Assembly: GCF_006345805.1 (NCBI RefSeq)
Contig: NC_043020.1
Span: 26,288,001-26,352,000, forward strand
DNA from: Octopus sinensis
Lineage: Eukaryota
Direction of reading: 5' to 3'
DNA length: 64,000 nucleotides
Below, in pieces: positions 49,384 to 61,900 of this stretch. The notes under the pieces were generated by a model. It saw nothing but the letters and a program-made list of their open reading frames with translations, searched no databases and had not been told where the DNA came from. Each line of letters starts with the position of its first letter. Position 1 is the first letter of the stretch. Made by a program: the position numbers and the translations under genes.

Positions 49384-50162
49384 AGATCTGTCTATTTGTC
49401 TGTATCTCTGACTATATATATGTATATATATAAGATCTGTCTATTTGTCTGTATCTCTGACTATATATATCTCTCTATCTCTTTCCCAATGTCTGTCTGT
49501 CTGTCTCTCTTTCTCCCCTCTCTCCCCTTCTCTCCCTTCTATTTCACTACTTGTCTGCCTACATATGTGTCTAGGTACACATGTCCACATTTGCATGTAG
49601 GTTTTATGTATGCTGTGTGTGTGTATATATATATATCTGGTGTATGTATGTATATACATATATATATATATATATATAGATATATACTGGTGTATGTATG
49701 TATTACATAATATATATATATATATGCTGGTGTATGTGTATATATATTATATATATATAGATATAATATATATATATATATATGTGAACATGCACAACAT
49801 CATCATCATGTCTGTTTTCCATGTCAGCATGGGTTAGAAGGGTTGTCGAAGCACAAGTCAGTTCGCAGTGAGTACCACAACCGTTGTATTTAGCTAGTTG
49901 TGTACACACACGTTCATATATATATATATATATGTGTGAATGTCTGTGTGACGCAACTGCTCATCTGCATAGCTGCATGTGTACGCATCAATCTATCCAT
50001 TCAGGCTACAACTACTTACACTCCCCCGTACATCCACACACATACACACGCATGCACACGCATACGCACAGATGCAAATATACACACTTGCATGCATACA
50101 TAGCACATCTGTATATAGATATGTACTGACATATGTGCACATACGTACGCAAGCCTATATGC

Positions 50163-50196
<34 letters not shown>

Positions 50197-50580
50197 TTAT
50201 AGATGTATGTATATACCTGTATATATATATGTATGTGTGTGTAGAAATGTAGGTATATATCTGTATACATTTATGTATATGTATGGATATATAGATATAT
50301 GCACATATATATATGTATATGTATATGTGTGTATATATATATGTGTGTGTGTGTATATATATATATATGTATGTATGTGTATATATGTGTGTGTGTATGT
50401 GTGTATACCTGTATGTAGCCATGTATATATTTAGTATGGCATTCATGTATGTATGTATGTGTGTCCGTGTGTGTGGATATAGTTTGTATATGTATGTATT
50501 TAAAATGTGTGTATATATATATATCTATGTATATATGTATATATATATATATATATATATGTGTGGTGTGTGTGTGCATA
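48160..50580. repeat. Large (TA)n/(TATG)n/(TG)n/(CT)n microsatellite field
   Basis: Read directly. Confidence 0.9.
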
Positions 50581-50814
50581 TTATAAAGTCCTGCTTATCT
50601 TCTCTTGGTATGGAGGTGTATTGTAAAGTGGGTGGAAGAAGATAATCCAGTGCTGGGGTGATGACAGGGGGGAGATGGGGGGGTAGAGAGAGGGAGAGAC
50701 ATAGATAGGGAGGGTGAGTGTGTGTGGTGGGGGAGTGAATGTTGAGAGGTTTTGACATATCACACTTGTACCCCCTCCTCCCACTCCTCACTCCCATCCA
50801 CACTAGCACCAGCT

Positions 50815-51850
50815 ACTGTTGCTAATACTACTACTACCACATCTACTACTATTACTTGTACCACCACCACCACCACCACTACTACTACTACAACAGCTAC
50901 CACCACCTCCACCACCACCACCACTACCACAACCACCGCCACCATCACTAGAACCACCACCATCACTACTACTACAGCTACCACCATCGCCACCACAACT
51001 ACCACCACCACCATCATCACTACTACTACTACTACTACAACCACCACCACCATCACTACTACTACTACAACAGCTACCACCACCTCCACCACCCCATCAC
51101 TACTACTACTACGACTACTACCACAACCACCACCACCATCACTACTACCTCCTCACCGTCCTCACCACTACTTCAAAAGCATGATCATTGAAATGACAAC
51201 AAAACAAACAAAAAAATTTATACAGTACCATAAAATAAAAACAATAAAATTTGGAAATCCAAAAACCTAATACAGAATAAAAACAAAACAATAAAAACCA
51301 CAGTAACAACAACAACAATAATAATGATAAGTATAACAAGAACAACAACTCCAATAATAATAGTAATAATAACAACAACAATAATGATGATGATGATAAT
51401 AGTAGTAGTAGTAGTAGTAGTAGAGTAGTAATAATAATAATAACGATAACAATAATAATAGTAGTAGTAGTAGTAATAATGATAACAATAAGAATAATTG
51501 TAGTAGTAGAAGTAGTAATAATAGTGATAATAATAATAATAGTAATAATAACTTGTACTACCACCACCATCACTACTACTACTACTACTACCACAATCAC
51601 CACCACCATCACTACTATTACTACTTCTACTACAACCACCATCACTACTTCTACTACCACCATCTCTACCACAACCACCACCACCATCACTTCAATAACA
51701 ATAATAATGATAACAATAATAATAATAGTAATAATAGTGATGAAGATAGCAATAATGATGGTGATGATGATGATGATGATAGCCCCAACAACAACAGCAG
51801 CAGCAATAGCAATAATAAATAATAATAATAATAATAATAATAATGGTAAT
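50815..51850. repeat. (ACT/ACC)n and (AAT/AGT)n trinucleotide microsatellites
   Basis: Read directly. Confidence 0.9.
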
Positions 51851-52125
51851 AATGAAAAAGTGAAGGAGGGGGAGAGAGAGGAAACCTGTCCAATCTTTGT
51901 TGAAGAAGTAAAGATGAATGTAACTTAAGTACTTAGGTTTTTTCCTTTGTAACTTTATCGATTTTATGTTAAAATCTCTTTGCTTTTTCTTCGTCATTTT
52001 GTTTGGTTATTTATTTAGGAGAATTTAATTTAATTTAAATTTTGTGTTCTGTTCTGTTTGTTTTGTTTTGTTTTTTTTGTTGTTGTTTTTTTTAAAATTT
52101 ATTTATTGCTTATTTTTATTTTTAT

Positions 52126-52161
<36 letters not shown>

Positions 52162-52562
52162 GTGTGTGTGTGTGTTCTTTTAATTTTTCATGAAATTTGT
52201 ATTTTTTCCCTTCTTTTTTTCTCCCCCCCAACTTCTCTCTGTTTCTGTCTCTCTGTCTGTTTGTCTGTTTGTCTCTCCTCTCATCCTCTTTCTCCTTTCT
52301 CCTTCCTATGTAGACATCATCTCCATCATCATCATCATCAACACCACCACACCACTACCTGCGTTGTTATCGTTCCCATTGTCTTCAACATCATCCTAAC
52401 GATTATGCTGACATTGTGGTTGTTGTTGTTGTCATGGCAGTCGTCATTATTTATCATCATCATCATCATCATCATCGTCATAAACATAATAGTTACTGAG
52501 TTTGCAGAATTATGCTTGCCTGCTATCCCAAAATTTCAGACCTTGTGCCTGTAAAAGAAAGG

Positions 52563-52593
<31 letters not shown>

Positions 52594-52619
52594 TATTATT
52601 ATTATTATAATTATTATGA

Positions 52620-52656
<37 letters not shown>

Positions 52657-53200
52657 GAGTGAGAGAGCAGTGCATGCCATCAAGAGTGACACTGGGGTAA
52701 ATATACAAGCCCAGTATACCCATCATGACTACCCGTCTGATAAGGGTACACCAGGCACATGCATCACAACCATATGTGATCTCATATCAAGATAAACAGC
52801 ACATGACCTTGCAGGTGGGGTCCAGTTAGAATTTTCTTCAGGTTGAGTGGCCCATCCCGCTCAAACGGTCCCCGAATAAGGGTTGTTTAAGGATGTTAAA
52901 TGAAACACCCATGTTTCCAGAGGTGAACTATTCAAACCCCAAAGAATCCCTCTCAACACATGGCTATGATGCTCCCCCACTACTTCTGCTCGTGATCAGA
53001 GATGCACATATCGTCAGCCACTAAGGGACATGCTCAACTGGTTAAGGTCAAACAACTGACAAGCAAATCTGTGGTATTGAGCAGAATATTTGCTGTAGCC
53101 CATCTTTTATACCAAGACAACACAATGTACATGATAACACTTCCAATCAGTTAAGATCAGAAGCCATGAGAGCCACTGTCTGGTACTGCATCAAGGCATT
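52657..53200 (-). mobile_element. Unclassified ~545-bp repeat embedded in (ATT)n, apparently complete
   Basis: Second copy at 10928; both begin (ATT)n-GAGTGAGAGAGCAGTGCAT. Confidence 0.8.
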
Positions 53201-53584
53201 TATTAATATTATTATTATTATCATCATCATCATTATTATCATTAGTTGGATTACAGAATTTTGTTCTACAACACGCTCACACACACACACACACTCACAC
53301 ATGTGCACACATAATAGTTAAAGTTGTCCAATTTTTCATTACTAGAAATTTCCCACCAGTGATGTATTCATCAGATGGAAAATCAATGAAAACATTTCCT
53401 AGATGTGTACAAACCATTCCAGTGCTTTCCTACTTACTTCCTCACTAAATGGAGCATCACATATGAATTATTTATCCTACAAAGCTATTATTTCTCTACC
53501 AGTCTTTTATTGATAATTTCCAGCAGAGATTATAAACACCATGTTTCAAAAACTTCTCAACTCAACCTGGATTTTAATCATCAC

Positions 53585-54060
53585 TATCATCATCGTTTAA
53601 AATCCGTCTTCCATGCTGGCATGGGTTGGACAGTTTGACAGGAGTTGGACAACCAGGGAGTCTGTCCAGACTCCAGTTGTCTGTTGGGGAATGGTTTCTA
53701 CAACTGGATGCCCTTCCTAATGCCAACAACTTAGGAGTGTGTTGGGTGCTCTTTGTATGCCACTGGCACAGGTGCCTTTACACAGCACCAGGATGAGTGC
53801 ATTTTATGTGGCCCTGGTATCTGTAAAGCACAAGCCTGTATGTATGAATGACAGTGGTGTTTCATGCTAGCTGAAGTTGGGTGGTTTGACAGAATTCAAG
53901 GAGTCTAAGGACTGCATCATGCTCTGGTGTCTATTTTGGTATGGTTCCTTTGGCCAAAGGCCCTTCCTAATGCTAACCACTTTATAGTGTGTGCTGGGCG
54001 CTCTCTTTTGGACCACCAACATAGGTGTAATTGCCGTGTGGCTTGCAAGACTAAGAACTG
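53585..54060 (-). mobile_element. Diverged RTE 3' UTR copies
   Basis: CCATGCTGGCATGGGTTGG and GGATGCCCTTCCTAATGCCAAC. Confidence 0.7.
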
Positions 54061-54384
54061 CCATGGGGGTAACTTTAAGCTAGGAGAATGAGAAATTGAG
54101 AAGAGTAAACTATAAACAAGGCAGATCAGAGCTGGTTTCTTGTTGTGGAGGAGTTATTTGAATACTCACATATTAGAAAAGCGAGCGGGAATGATAAGGT
54201 GGCGCTAAAAAGAGACAAAAGTAGTGTTGATATGAGGTATTGAGGTAGATTCTCAATATATGAGGTAGGTGGAAAAGAATGAGGTATTGGAGTGTAGGTA
54301 ATATCTGATAATACTGAGCAGCAGGATAGTAATGACGATGCAGTAGACAGGAGAAGGATGAAAGTGAAAGATGACATGCTGTTA

Positions 54385-54770
54385 TATAATATATATAATG
54401 AAATTATTGTATACAGTGCTCAGGTGCACCACATCTTGTCAGAAAGTGCGTATAAAGTATATGCAGTAATGTACAAATGTCTGGAAAGCGAACAGTGTAT
54501 GAGTCAGATACATGCTTGCGTGTGTATGGAGGGGAGAAAATCAGGTGTAGTGTTGGCGAATCTCAGGAAGCATTGAAGTTTTGAAGGATGCAGTGCTCCG
54601 ACAACTAACAACTGATGCTGGCAGTCTGTTCCATGCTTCAGCAACTCTCAGCGTGAAAAAATGTTTCCGGAGCTGTGCTGTTTTCCGACTTTGTAAACAT
54701 GTGTTAGACAAGTAGAGTGTTAGACAAGTAGAGTTTGAAAAGGTGCTCAGAGTTATTGCTGCAAGAGTGG
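54385..54770 (-). pseudogene. CR1/L2-like LINE 3' end (RT C-terminus plus 3' UTR)
   Basis: RKHFFTLRVAEAWNRLPASVVSCRSTASFKTSML..* matches the CR1 RKxFFxxRVxxxWNxLP motif. Confidence 0.85.
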
Positions 54771-55531
54771 ACAGGAAAGAGAGGAGTAGGTGTAGTGTAT
54801 GAGAATGGTTACATGTATGGTAGAAGTGAAGAAGGGTCAGACACATATTTGGGTGGGAGAGATAATTTGGTACAATGGGAGTGGATGATAACTGAAAGTG
54901 TGGGTGAAGAGAACAATACTGGTAGATTCAGGATGGATATCAAATGCAGTGGTTCTGCGTAGTAAGAATAGCAGTTTCAGAATTGGAATAATTTAAAGAT
55001 TGTAACAGAAAGAATAAGAGTGTTTGTTAAATCTAACTTTGAGTCTCTAGCTGACAACCCACTTATACATTATCATGTTTCTTAGTTTTTCAAATGATTT
55101 AGGTGTAAGTAAAACATTTCTTAAACGTTTCCTGATCTGTTTGGTAATTTACTACTGAGAAATGCAAAACTCTGTCACATGTTCTACTTTGGAATTATCC
55201 ATTGCAGACATTTCCATACTCAGTAAAAAGGTCTTGCATTTTCATGCCATTTTTATAACCCAGTATTTTTATTTATTTATTTATTTATTTTACATTTTTC
55301 ATTGGCTTAATGGATATTTTCAATTTGTGGATATTAAATCACTCTCTGTCTGTCTGTCTCTTTCACACATTCAGCACACACCCACATGGCACACACACAC
55401 ATGCATATGGAGACTAAGTATGTGAATATATACACGTGTATGTCAATATGTGTGTATTTGTGTGGGTGTAAACATGTGAATGTATAATGCAAATGTTCAT
55501 GTAAAGTGTAGCTGTATAATGTAGGTATACA

Positions 55532-55570
<39 letters not shown>

Positions 55571-55854
55571 GGGTGTAGATATTTGAATGTACAAAATACA
55601 TGGAACTAAAATGTATGTAGATAATTAAGTTTTATGTTGATGGGAGATTTAATATATGTGTGTGTGCGTGTATATACATACATGTTTGTATATGCATATA
55701 TATGTGTATATGAATGTATATTTATGTATGCATGCATGTACATACTTGCTTATAAGTGTCTTTGTATATCTGTATGTATATGTGTATAGCATACATATGT
55801 CTGTTTATATGTTTGTGTGTATATGTATAAAATATAATGCATGGATGTGTTGTA

Positions 55855-56280
55855 TCTCTCTTTACTCTTTTACTTGTTTCAGTCATTTGACTGTGGCCTT
55901 ACTGGAGCACCGCCTTTAGTCGCGCAACTCGACCCTGGGACTTATTCTTTTGTAAGCCCAGTACTTATTCTATCGGTCTCTTTTGCCGAACCGCTAAGTG
56001 ACGGGGACATAAACACACCAGCATCGGTTGTCAAGCAAGCTAGGGGGACAAACACAGACACACAAACATACATGCAATATATATATTATTATATATATAT
56101 ATATATATATATACATATATACGACGGGCTTCTTTCAGTTTCCGTCTACCAAATCCACTCACAAGGCATTGGTCGGCCCGGGGCTATAGCAGAAGACACT
56201 TGCCCAAGATGCCACGCAGTGGGACTGAACCCGGAACCATGTGGTTGGTAAGCAAGCTACTTACCACACAGCCACTCCTG
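55855..56280 (-). mobile_element. SINE family A, full length
   Basis: Family motifs. Confidence 0.9.
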
Positions 56281-56328
56281 CCCCTGTATCTCTATGTATG
56301 TGTATATTTGTGCTTGTGTGTATGTATG

Positions 56329-56362
<34 letters not shown>

Positions 56363-56429
56363 CATATTTTGTTGAGATCAGGCACCTTTGTATTGGAATG
56401 AATTCCTTGACCATGAACTCCCAACTCAC

Positions 56430-56475
56430 ATCAGTGAATCTTCCGTTATAATTTCTTGATCATCTCTGCCATTTC
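56430..56475 (-). CDS. Candidate 46-nt internal exon (x)NGRDDQEIITEDSL
   Basis: Minus strand GTGTTCTCTACAG|GAAATGG..CTGAT|GTGAGT; one open frame. Confidence 0.22.
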
Positions 56476-56594
56476 CTGTAGAGAACACACTTGTCTGCAT
56501 CATTTGTTAGGGTCAGGTACCTTCACGTTTTTTTTTCCTGTTCACTGGTGCCATGTCAATGGTATAAGTACATAATTCCATATCTATATAAGAA

Positions 56595-57306
56595 ATGAGC
56601 TGGTAGAATCGTTAGCACACCTGGCGAAGTTCTTTGCGGTATTTCGTCTGCTGTTACGTTCTGAGTTCAAATTCCGCCGAGGTCAACTTTGCCTTTCATC
56701 CTTTCAGGGTCGATTAAATAAGTACCAGTTACGCACTGGGGTCGATATAATCGACTTAATCCGTTTGTCTGTCCTTGTTTGTCCCCTTGTGGGTAATAAA
56801 GAAACAGGTATTTCGTCTGCCGTTACATTCTGAGTTCAAATTCCACCGAGGTCGACTTTGCCTTTCATCCTTTCGGGGTCGATTAAATAAGTACCAGTTA
56901 TGCACTGGGGTCGATATAATCGACTTAATCCGTCTGTCTGTCCTTGTTTGTCCCCTCTGTGTTTAGCCCCTTGTGGGTAATAAAGAAACAGGTATTTCGT
57001 CTGCCGTTACGTTCTGAGTTCAAATTCCGCGAGGTCAACTTTGCCTTTCATCCTTTCAGGGTCGATTAAATAAATACCAGTTATGCACTGGGGTCGATGT
57101 AATTGACGTAATCCGTGTGTCTGTCCTTGTTTGTCCCCTCTGTGTTTAGCCCCTTGTGGGTAATAAAGAAACAGGTATTTCGTCTGCCGCTACATTCTGA
57201 GTTCAAATTCCACTGAGGTCGACTTTGCCTTTCATCCTTTCGGGATCGATTAAATAAGTACCAGTTACGCCTTCTGCGTTTAGCCCCTTGTGGGCAGTAA
57301 AGAAAT
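56595..57306 (+). mobile_element. SINE family B tetramer (head plus ~184-bp units; first and last internally deleted)
   Basis: Unit starts at about 56638, 56807, 56991 and 57174. Confidence 0.92.
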
Positions 57307-58134
57307 AAATATTGTAACAGAAATATATGCACAAGTAGTAATTGGTGCATTATGCATTTCTGCACATAATAAGTGATAAATGCAGCAGATCTTTTGCAGT
57401 ATAAGCAGAATTTTTGACTGATAGCCAACCTCTGTGTACGCAGGTCAGTCTGTGATAAACACAACATGGTTCACAGTGGAACATCAGTGATGAATGAATC
57501 AGTCTTAAACGAGGTAACGGTTATTGGTTATTTGGTTATTTTATAATTGCTTTATGTCGTTAGTGTTAATTACTAAAAGTATATTTAGATGAGATCATGA
57601 AAGTCCTGCTTACGTATGTGCCGAGCTGTTTTATTGCATGAAAAGTGATTGAAACAATTTTATTGGTCGACAGCTTCTGATGTGTGAAAAACGTCTCTGA
57701 CTGGATATTAATGGCTTGCCAAAGTTTTGGATTTACAAGAATTTTGACACTTCAGAAGTGATTAGAATCAACTGCATGATGTCAAATGTGAATCAACCTT
57801 GCAATGATTAAAGAATAATTCTCTACACAGGTCTTTGATTAATTTCTTATCTGGTTTTGAAGACATCTTAGATAGACCTATGAAGCCAAATGTAAATGAT
57901 AAAATGGAATTCTTTCTATGATGTCTGAGAGATACACTAACCAGTTGCAGTTGCTATGAAGAATTGAGTGGCCTGGAATCTCAGTGCCAAAAAAAGAAAA
58001 AACAAAAATGGTAAAACATGATACTCAATAAGCAAAATGTGCCATTGCGTCTGAATGTACTCACAGCAAACATATACTTCAGTAAATACATGGGGCTTAG
58101 TGGTTAGAGCACTGCACTTGTAATTGTAAGATTC

Positions 58135-58720
58135 ATCATCATCATCATTTAACGTCCGCTTTCCATGCTAGCATGGGTTGGACGATTTGACTAAGGACTG
58201 GCAAACCAGATGGCTGCACTAGGCTCCAATCTGATCGGGCAGAGTTTCTACAGCTGGATGCCCTTCCTAAAGCCAACCACTCTGAGAGTGTAATGGGTGC
58301 TTTTACGTGCCACCAGCATGAGGGCCAGTCTGGCGGTACTGGCAACGGCGGCGCTCAAAAGGTGTTTTTTACATGCCACCTGCACAGGAGCCAGTTGCAC
58401 TGGCAACGAACTCACTCGAATGTTTTTCTTCATGTGCTGCCGGCACAAGTGCCAGTAGGGCGACACTGGTAACGATCACGTTCGAATGGTGTTTTTTTAC
58501 ATGCCACCTGCACAGGAGCCAGTCTAGCGGCACTGGCAATGAACTCACTCGAATGTTTTTCTTCACGTGCCACCAGCACAAGTGCCAGTAAGGCGATGCT
58601 GGTAACGATCATGTTCGAATGGTGCTTTTCACATGCCACCGGGACGGAAGACAGTTAGCTGCTCTGGCAACGATCATTCTCAGATGGTGCTCTTAGTGCT
58701 CCACTAGCACAGATGCCAGT
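58135..58720 (-). mobile_element. RTE 3' UTR with an expanded ~60/120-bp internal tandem array
   Basis: Repeated ACATGCCACCTGCACAGGAGCCAGT..CACTGGCAA units. Confidence 0.8.
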
Positions 58721-58919
58721 CATCAAATTTGATTTCAATTTCAAGATTGTGGTTTCAATTCCTGGACTGGGAAGTTTGTTGTGTTCTTGATTAAAACACT
58801 TCATTTCATACAGCTCCAGTCCAATTAGCTGTTAATGAGTTCCAGCAAAAACTGGTAAATTAACCCTGTGTCTGACTCCTGTCCCTTTTAGGGGGAGTGT
58901 TGTAAACTCTGCAACTTAC

Positions 58920-59100
58920 ACACACACATAAATATATATATACATATATACAATGGGCTTCTTTCAATTTCCGTCTACCAAATCCACTCACAAGGCTTTG
59001 GTTGGCCTGAGGATATAGTAGAAGACACTTGCCCAAGGTGCCACACGGTGGGACTGAACCCAGAACCATGTGGTTCGTAAACAAGCTACTTACCACAGGG
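58920..59100 (-). mobile_element. SINE A head half
   Basis: Family motifs. Confidence 0.85.
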
Positions 59101-59149
59101 CCACAGAACCAGGGTTGGTCTCAGATAGTCTGGTACAAAAAGGGTAACC

Positions 59150-59790
59150 GTTTTGTTAGCATATTTATATCGAATACACTGACTTTGTTTCAGTTAATTT
59201 TCAAAATAACATAGAATTTTGTAAAATATATTTTTCTTTGTTAAGGCAGCAGTTTGGAACATGGAGGGGAAGTGTTTAAATGTCTTTAAAAGAGGAATTT
59301 TGTATCGTACAACCTGGAATGATCTCAGGTCGGTTGGTATCAAAGAATTTGAATATTTTTGTCGCTGTATTTATGTCGAAAACTACAGCCTTTGTTCTCC
59401 AAAATTAATTTTGAAACTAATATAGAATTTATTGAAATAACTTTCTCCAAATTAAACTGGTGTTTGGATTATGAACCAACATGGAATTTTCCTGGAAGGT
59501 TTTAATTTAAATCACTTTAAAAGAGGAAATTAGAATCATAGAACCAAGAATGGTCTTCGACTTGTTTGTAATAAAAGGGCTGTGTTGGAATATACGTTTT
59601 TGGTTCAAAATTAATTCTGAAAATAATGCAAAACTTATTGAAATGTCTTTGGCATTATTAGACTTGAGCTTGGAACATAAATTAAGATAGAATTTTAATT
59701 TAGGTCACATTAACTCTTTTGTTACCATATTATTTTTCGAAATACATAGCCTTTATTTCAATTGATTTTGAAAAAGATAATGAAGAATAG
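59150..59790 (+). mobile_element. Cluster of diverged piggyBac-like MITE copies
   Basis: Recurrent TTAATTTTGAAA..TTTGGAACAT..TTTAATTTAAATCACTTTAA modules. Confidence 0.6.
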
Positions 59791-60370
59791 GCACAGGAGT
59801 GGCTGTGTGGTAAGTAGCTTGCTTACCAACCCCATGGTTCTGGGTTCAATCCCACTGCGTGGTACCTTGGGCAAGTGTCTTCTACAATAGCCTCAGGCCA
59901 ACTGAAGTCTTGTGAGTGGATTTGGTAGACGGAAACTGAAAGAAGCCTGTCAGTCGTCATGATAGATTGTTAGCCACTACACACATTTTTTTCTCTCCTT
60001 GTTTTTTCTGTGTCCCTTTCTGTAGAAGAGCATAGGCTCGAAACATAAAAGACTTTTTCTATTCCTGAGCGTTCTACTAATACATCTGTTTGTTTTGTAC
60101 ACCACCTGTCTTCGTCCTTTGTTTTTTTTCGTAAACTCTCCCTATATATATGTATGTGTGTGTATATGTTTTGTGTCTGTGTTTGTCCCCCCAACATCAC
60201 TTGAAAACCGATGCTAGTGTGTTTATGTCCCTGTAACTTAGCAGTTTGGCAAAAGAGACCGCTAGAATAAGTACTAGGCTTACAAAGAATAAGTCCTAGG
60301 GTTGATTTGCTCGACTAAATGCGATGCTCCAGCATGGCCGCAGTCAAATGACTGAAACTAGTAAAAGTGT
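59790..60370 (+). mobile_element. SINE A with an HB hammerhead-like repeat (59960-60145) inserted at its internal microsatellite
   Basis: Head 59790-59950, tail 60150-60370; CTTT-CTGTAGA-A-GAGC-ATAG-GCTC-GAAA-CAT-A-AAAG at 60016-60051. Confidence 0.85.
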
Positions 60371-60379
60371 AAGAGCAAT

Positions 60380-60700
60380 ACAGTAAAATAACTTTGTCTT
60401 TATTAAACTGGAGTTTGGAACATAAATTAAGATGGAATTTTGATTGGAAGTTTCAATTTAGATCACTTTAACCCTTTAGTTAACATATTTTTGATGAAAT
60501 ACACAGCAAATATTTCAATTAATTTTGAAAATAACGAAAAATACATTAAAATAATTCTAATCATTATTAAACTGGAATTTGGAACATAAATTAAAATGGA
60601 ATTTTGAAAGACAGTTTTAATTAAGATCACTTTTAAAAAAATGGTAATTCTGTCATAAAAGCAGGTGGCTCGTTTCAGGTAGATTGGTATTAAAAGAGTT
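60380..60700 (+). mobile_element. piggyBac-like MITE copies
   Basis: TTAACCCTTTAGTTAAC..GGTATTAAAAGAGTTGA. Confidence 0.65.
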
Positions 60701-61139
60701 GAGCCGACACACCTACGAATCCCACACACATGCTAACGATGCTAATATAAATTTCAAAATCAGGTGATGAGAGGACATATCAGTTTACCATTCATTCGTA
60801 GACAATTGGAACTAGCAAACAATTCTAAAGCAAAACCAAAAAATTAATAAAAGAATATAAATATCTGCCAATTTCAATAATTCTAATATGTTCTAACAAT
60901 AAACAATGATGACTTCGTTAATTACTATATTTCGTTGCGCTTGTGAGTCTTGCTAACTTTGTGACATTTCTTCCTAATGCTCATTTCATTTCATCGCAAT
61001 AAATGTTGCACTTGGATATTTCATATTTCATATTCTGTCTATAATTGTCTTCATAATTATCTAAGATCACGACAGTCCTATGTACACGCATGCTTGTTGA
61101 CTACTATTATTGTTATCATCATCGTTATTATTTTTATAA

Positions 61140-61900
61140 AAGGCAGTGAGCTGGCAGAAACATTAGCACACCGGGCGAAATGCTTAGTGGTATTTCGTCT
61201 GCCGTTACATTCTGAGTTCAAATTCCGCCGAGGTCAGCTTTGCCTTTCATCCTTTCGGGGTCGATAAATTAAGTACCAGTTATGCACTGGGGTCGATATA
61301 ATCGACTTAATACCATTGTCTGTCCTTGTTTGTCCTCTCTGTGTTTAGCCCCTTGTGGGTAGTAAAGAAATATGTATTTCGTCTGCTGCTATGTTCTGAG
61401 TTCAAATTCCGCCGAGGTCGACTTTACCTTTCATCCTTTCAGGGTCGATTAAATAAGTACCAGTTACGCACTGAGGTCGATATAATCGACGTAATCCGTT
61501 TGTCTGTCCTTGTTTGTCCTCTCTGTGTTTAGCCCCTTGTGGGTAGTAAAGAAATAGGTATTTTATCTGCCACTACGTTCTGAGTTCAAATTCCGCCGAG
61601 GTCGACTTTGCCTTTCATCCTTTCGGGGTTGATAAATTAAGTACCAGTTACGCACTGGGGTCGATAAAATCGACTTAATCCGTTTGTCTGTCCTTGTTTG
61701 TCCCTCTATGTTTAGCCCCTTGTGGGCAGTAAAGAAATAAGAATTGTTAACACACCAGGCGAAATGCTTAAAGGTGTTTCACCTGTCACTACGTTCTGAG
61801 TTCTAATTCTGCTGAGGTCGACTTTGCCTTTCATCCTTTCTGGGGTCAATAAAATAAGTACCAGTAGAACACGGGGGTCAATGCATTCGACTAGCCCTTT
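61140..61900 (+). mobile_element. SINE family B trimer (184-bp units) plus a further partial copy
   Basis: Unit starts at 61189, 61373 and 61557. Confidence 0.92.

Noticed and set aside
56595-57306. CRISPR-like or satellite array
   Set aside because: Units are whole SINE bodies with no unique spacers, the context is eukaryotic, and no cas genes are present.
57444-57513. Plus-strand 70-nt exon
   Set aside because: The same CAG|GTCAGT reads as donor or acceptor, and phases do not chain consistently with neighbouring candidates.
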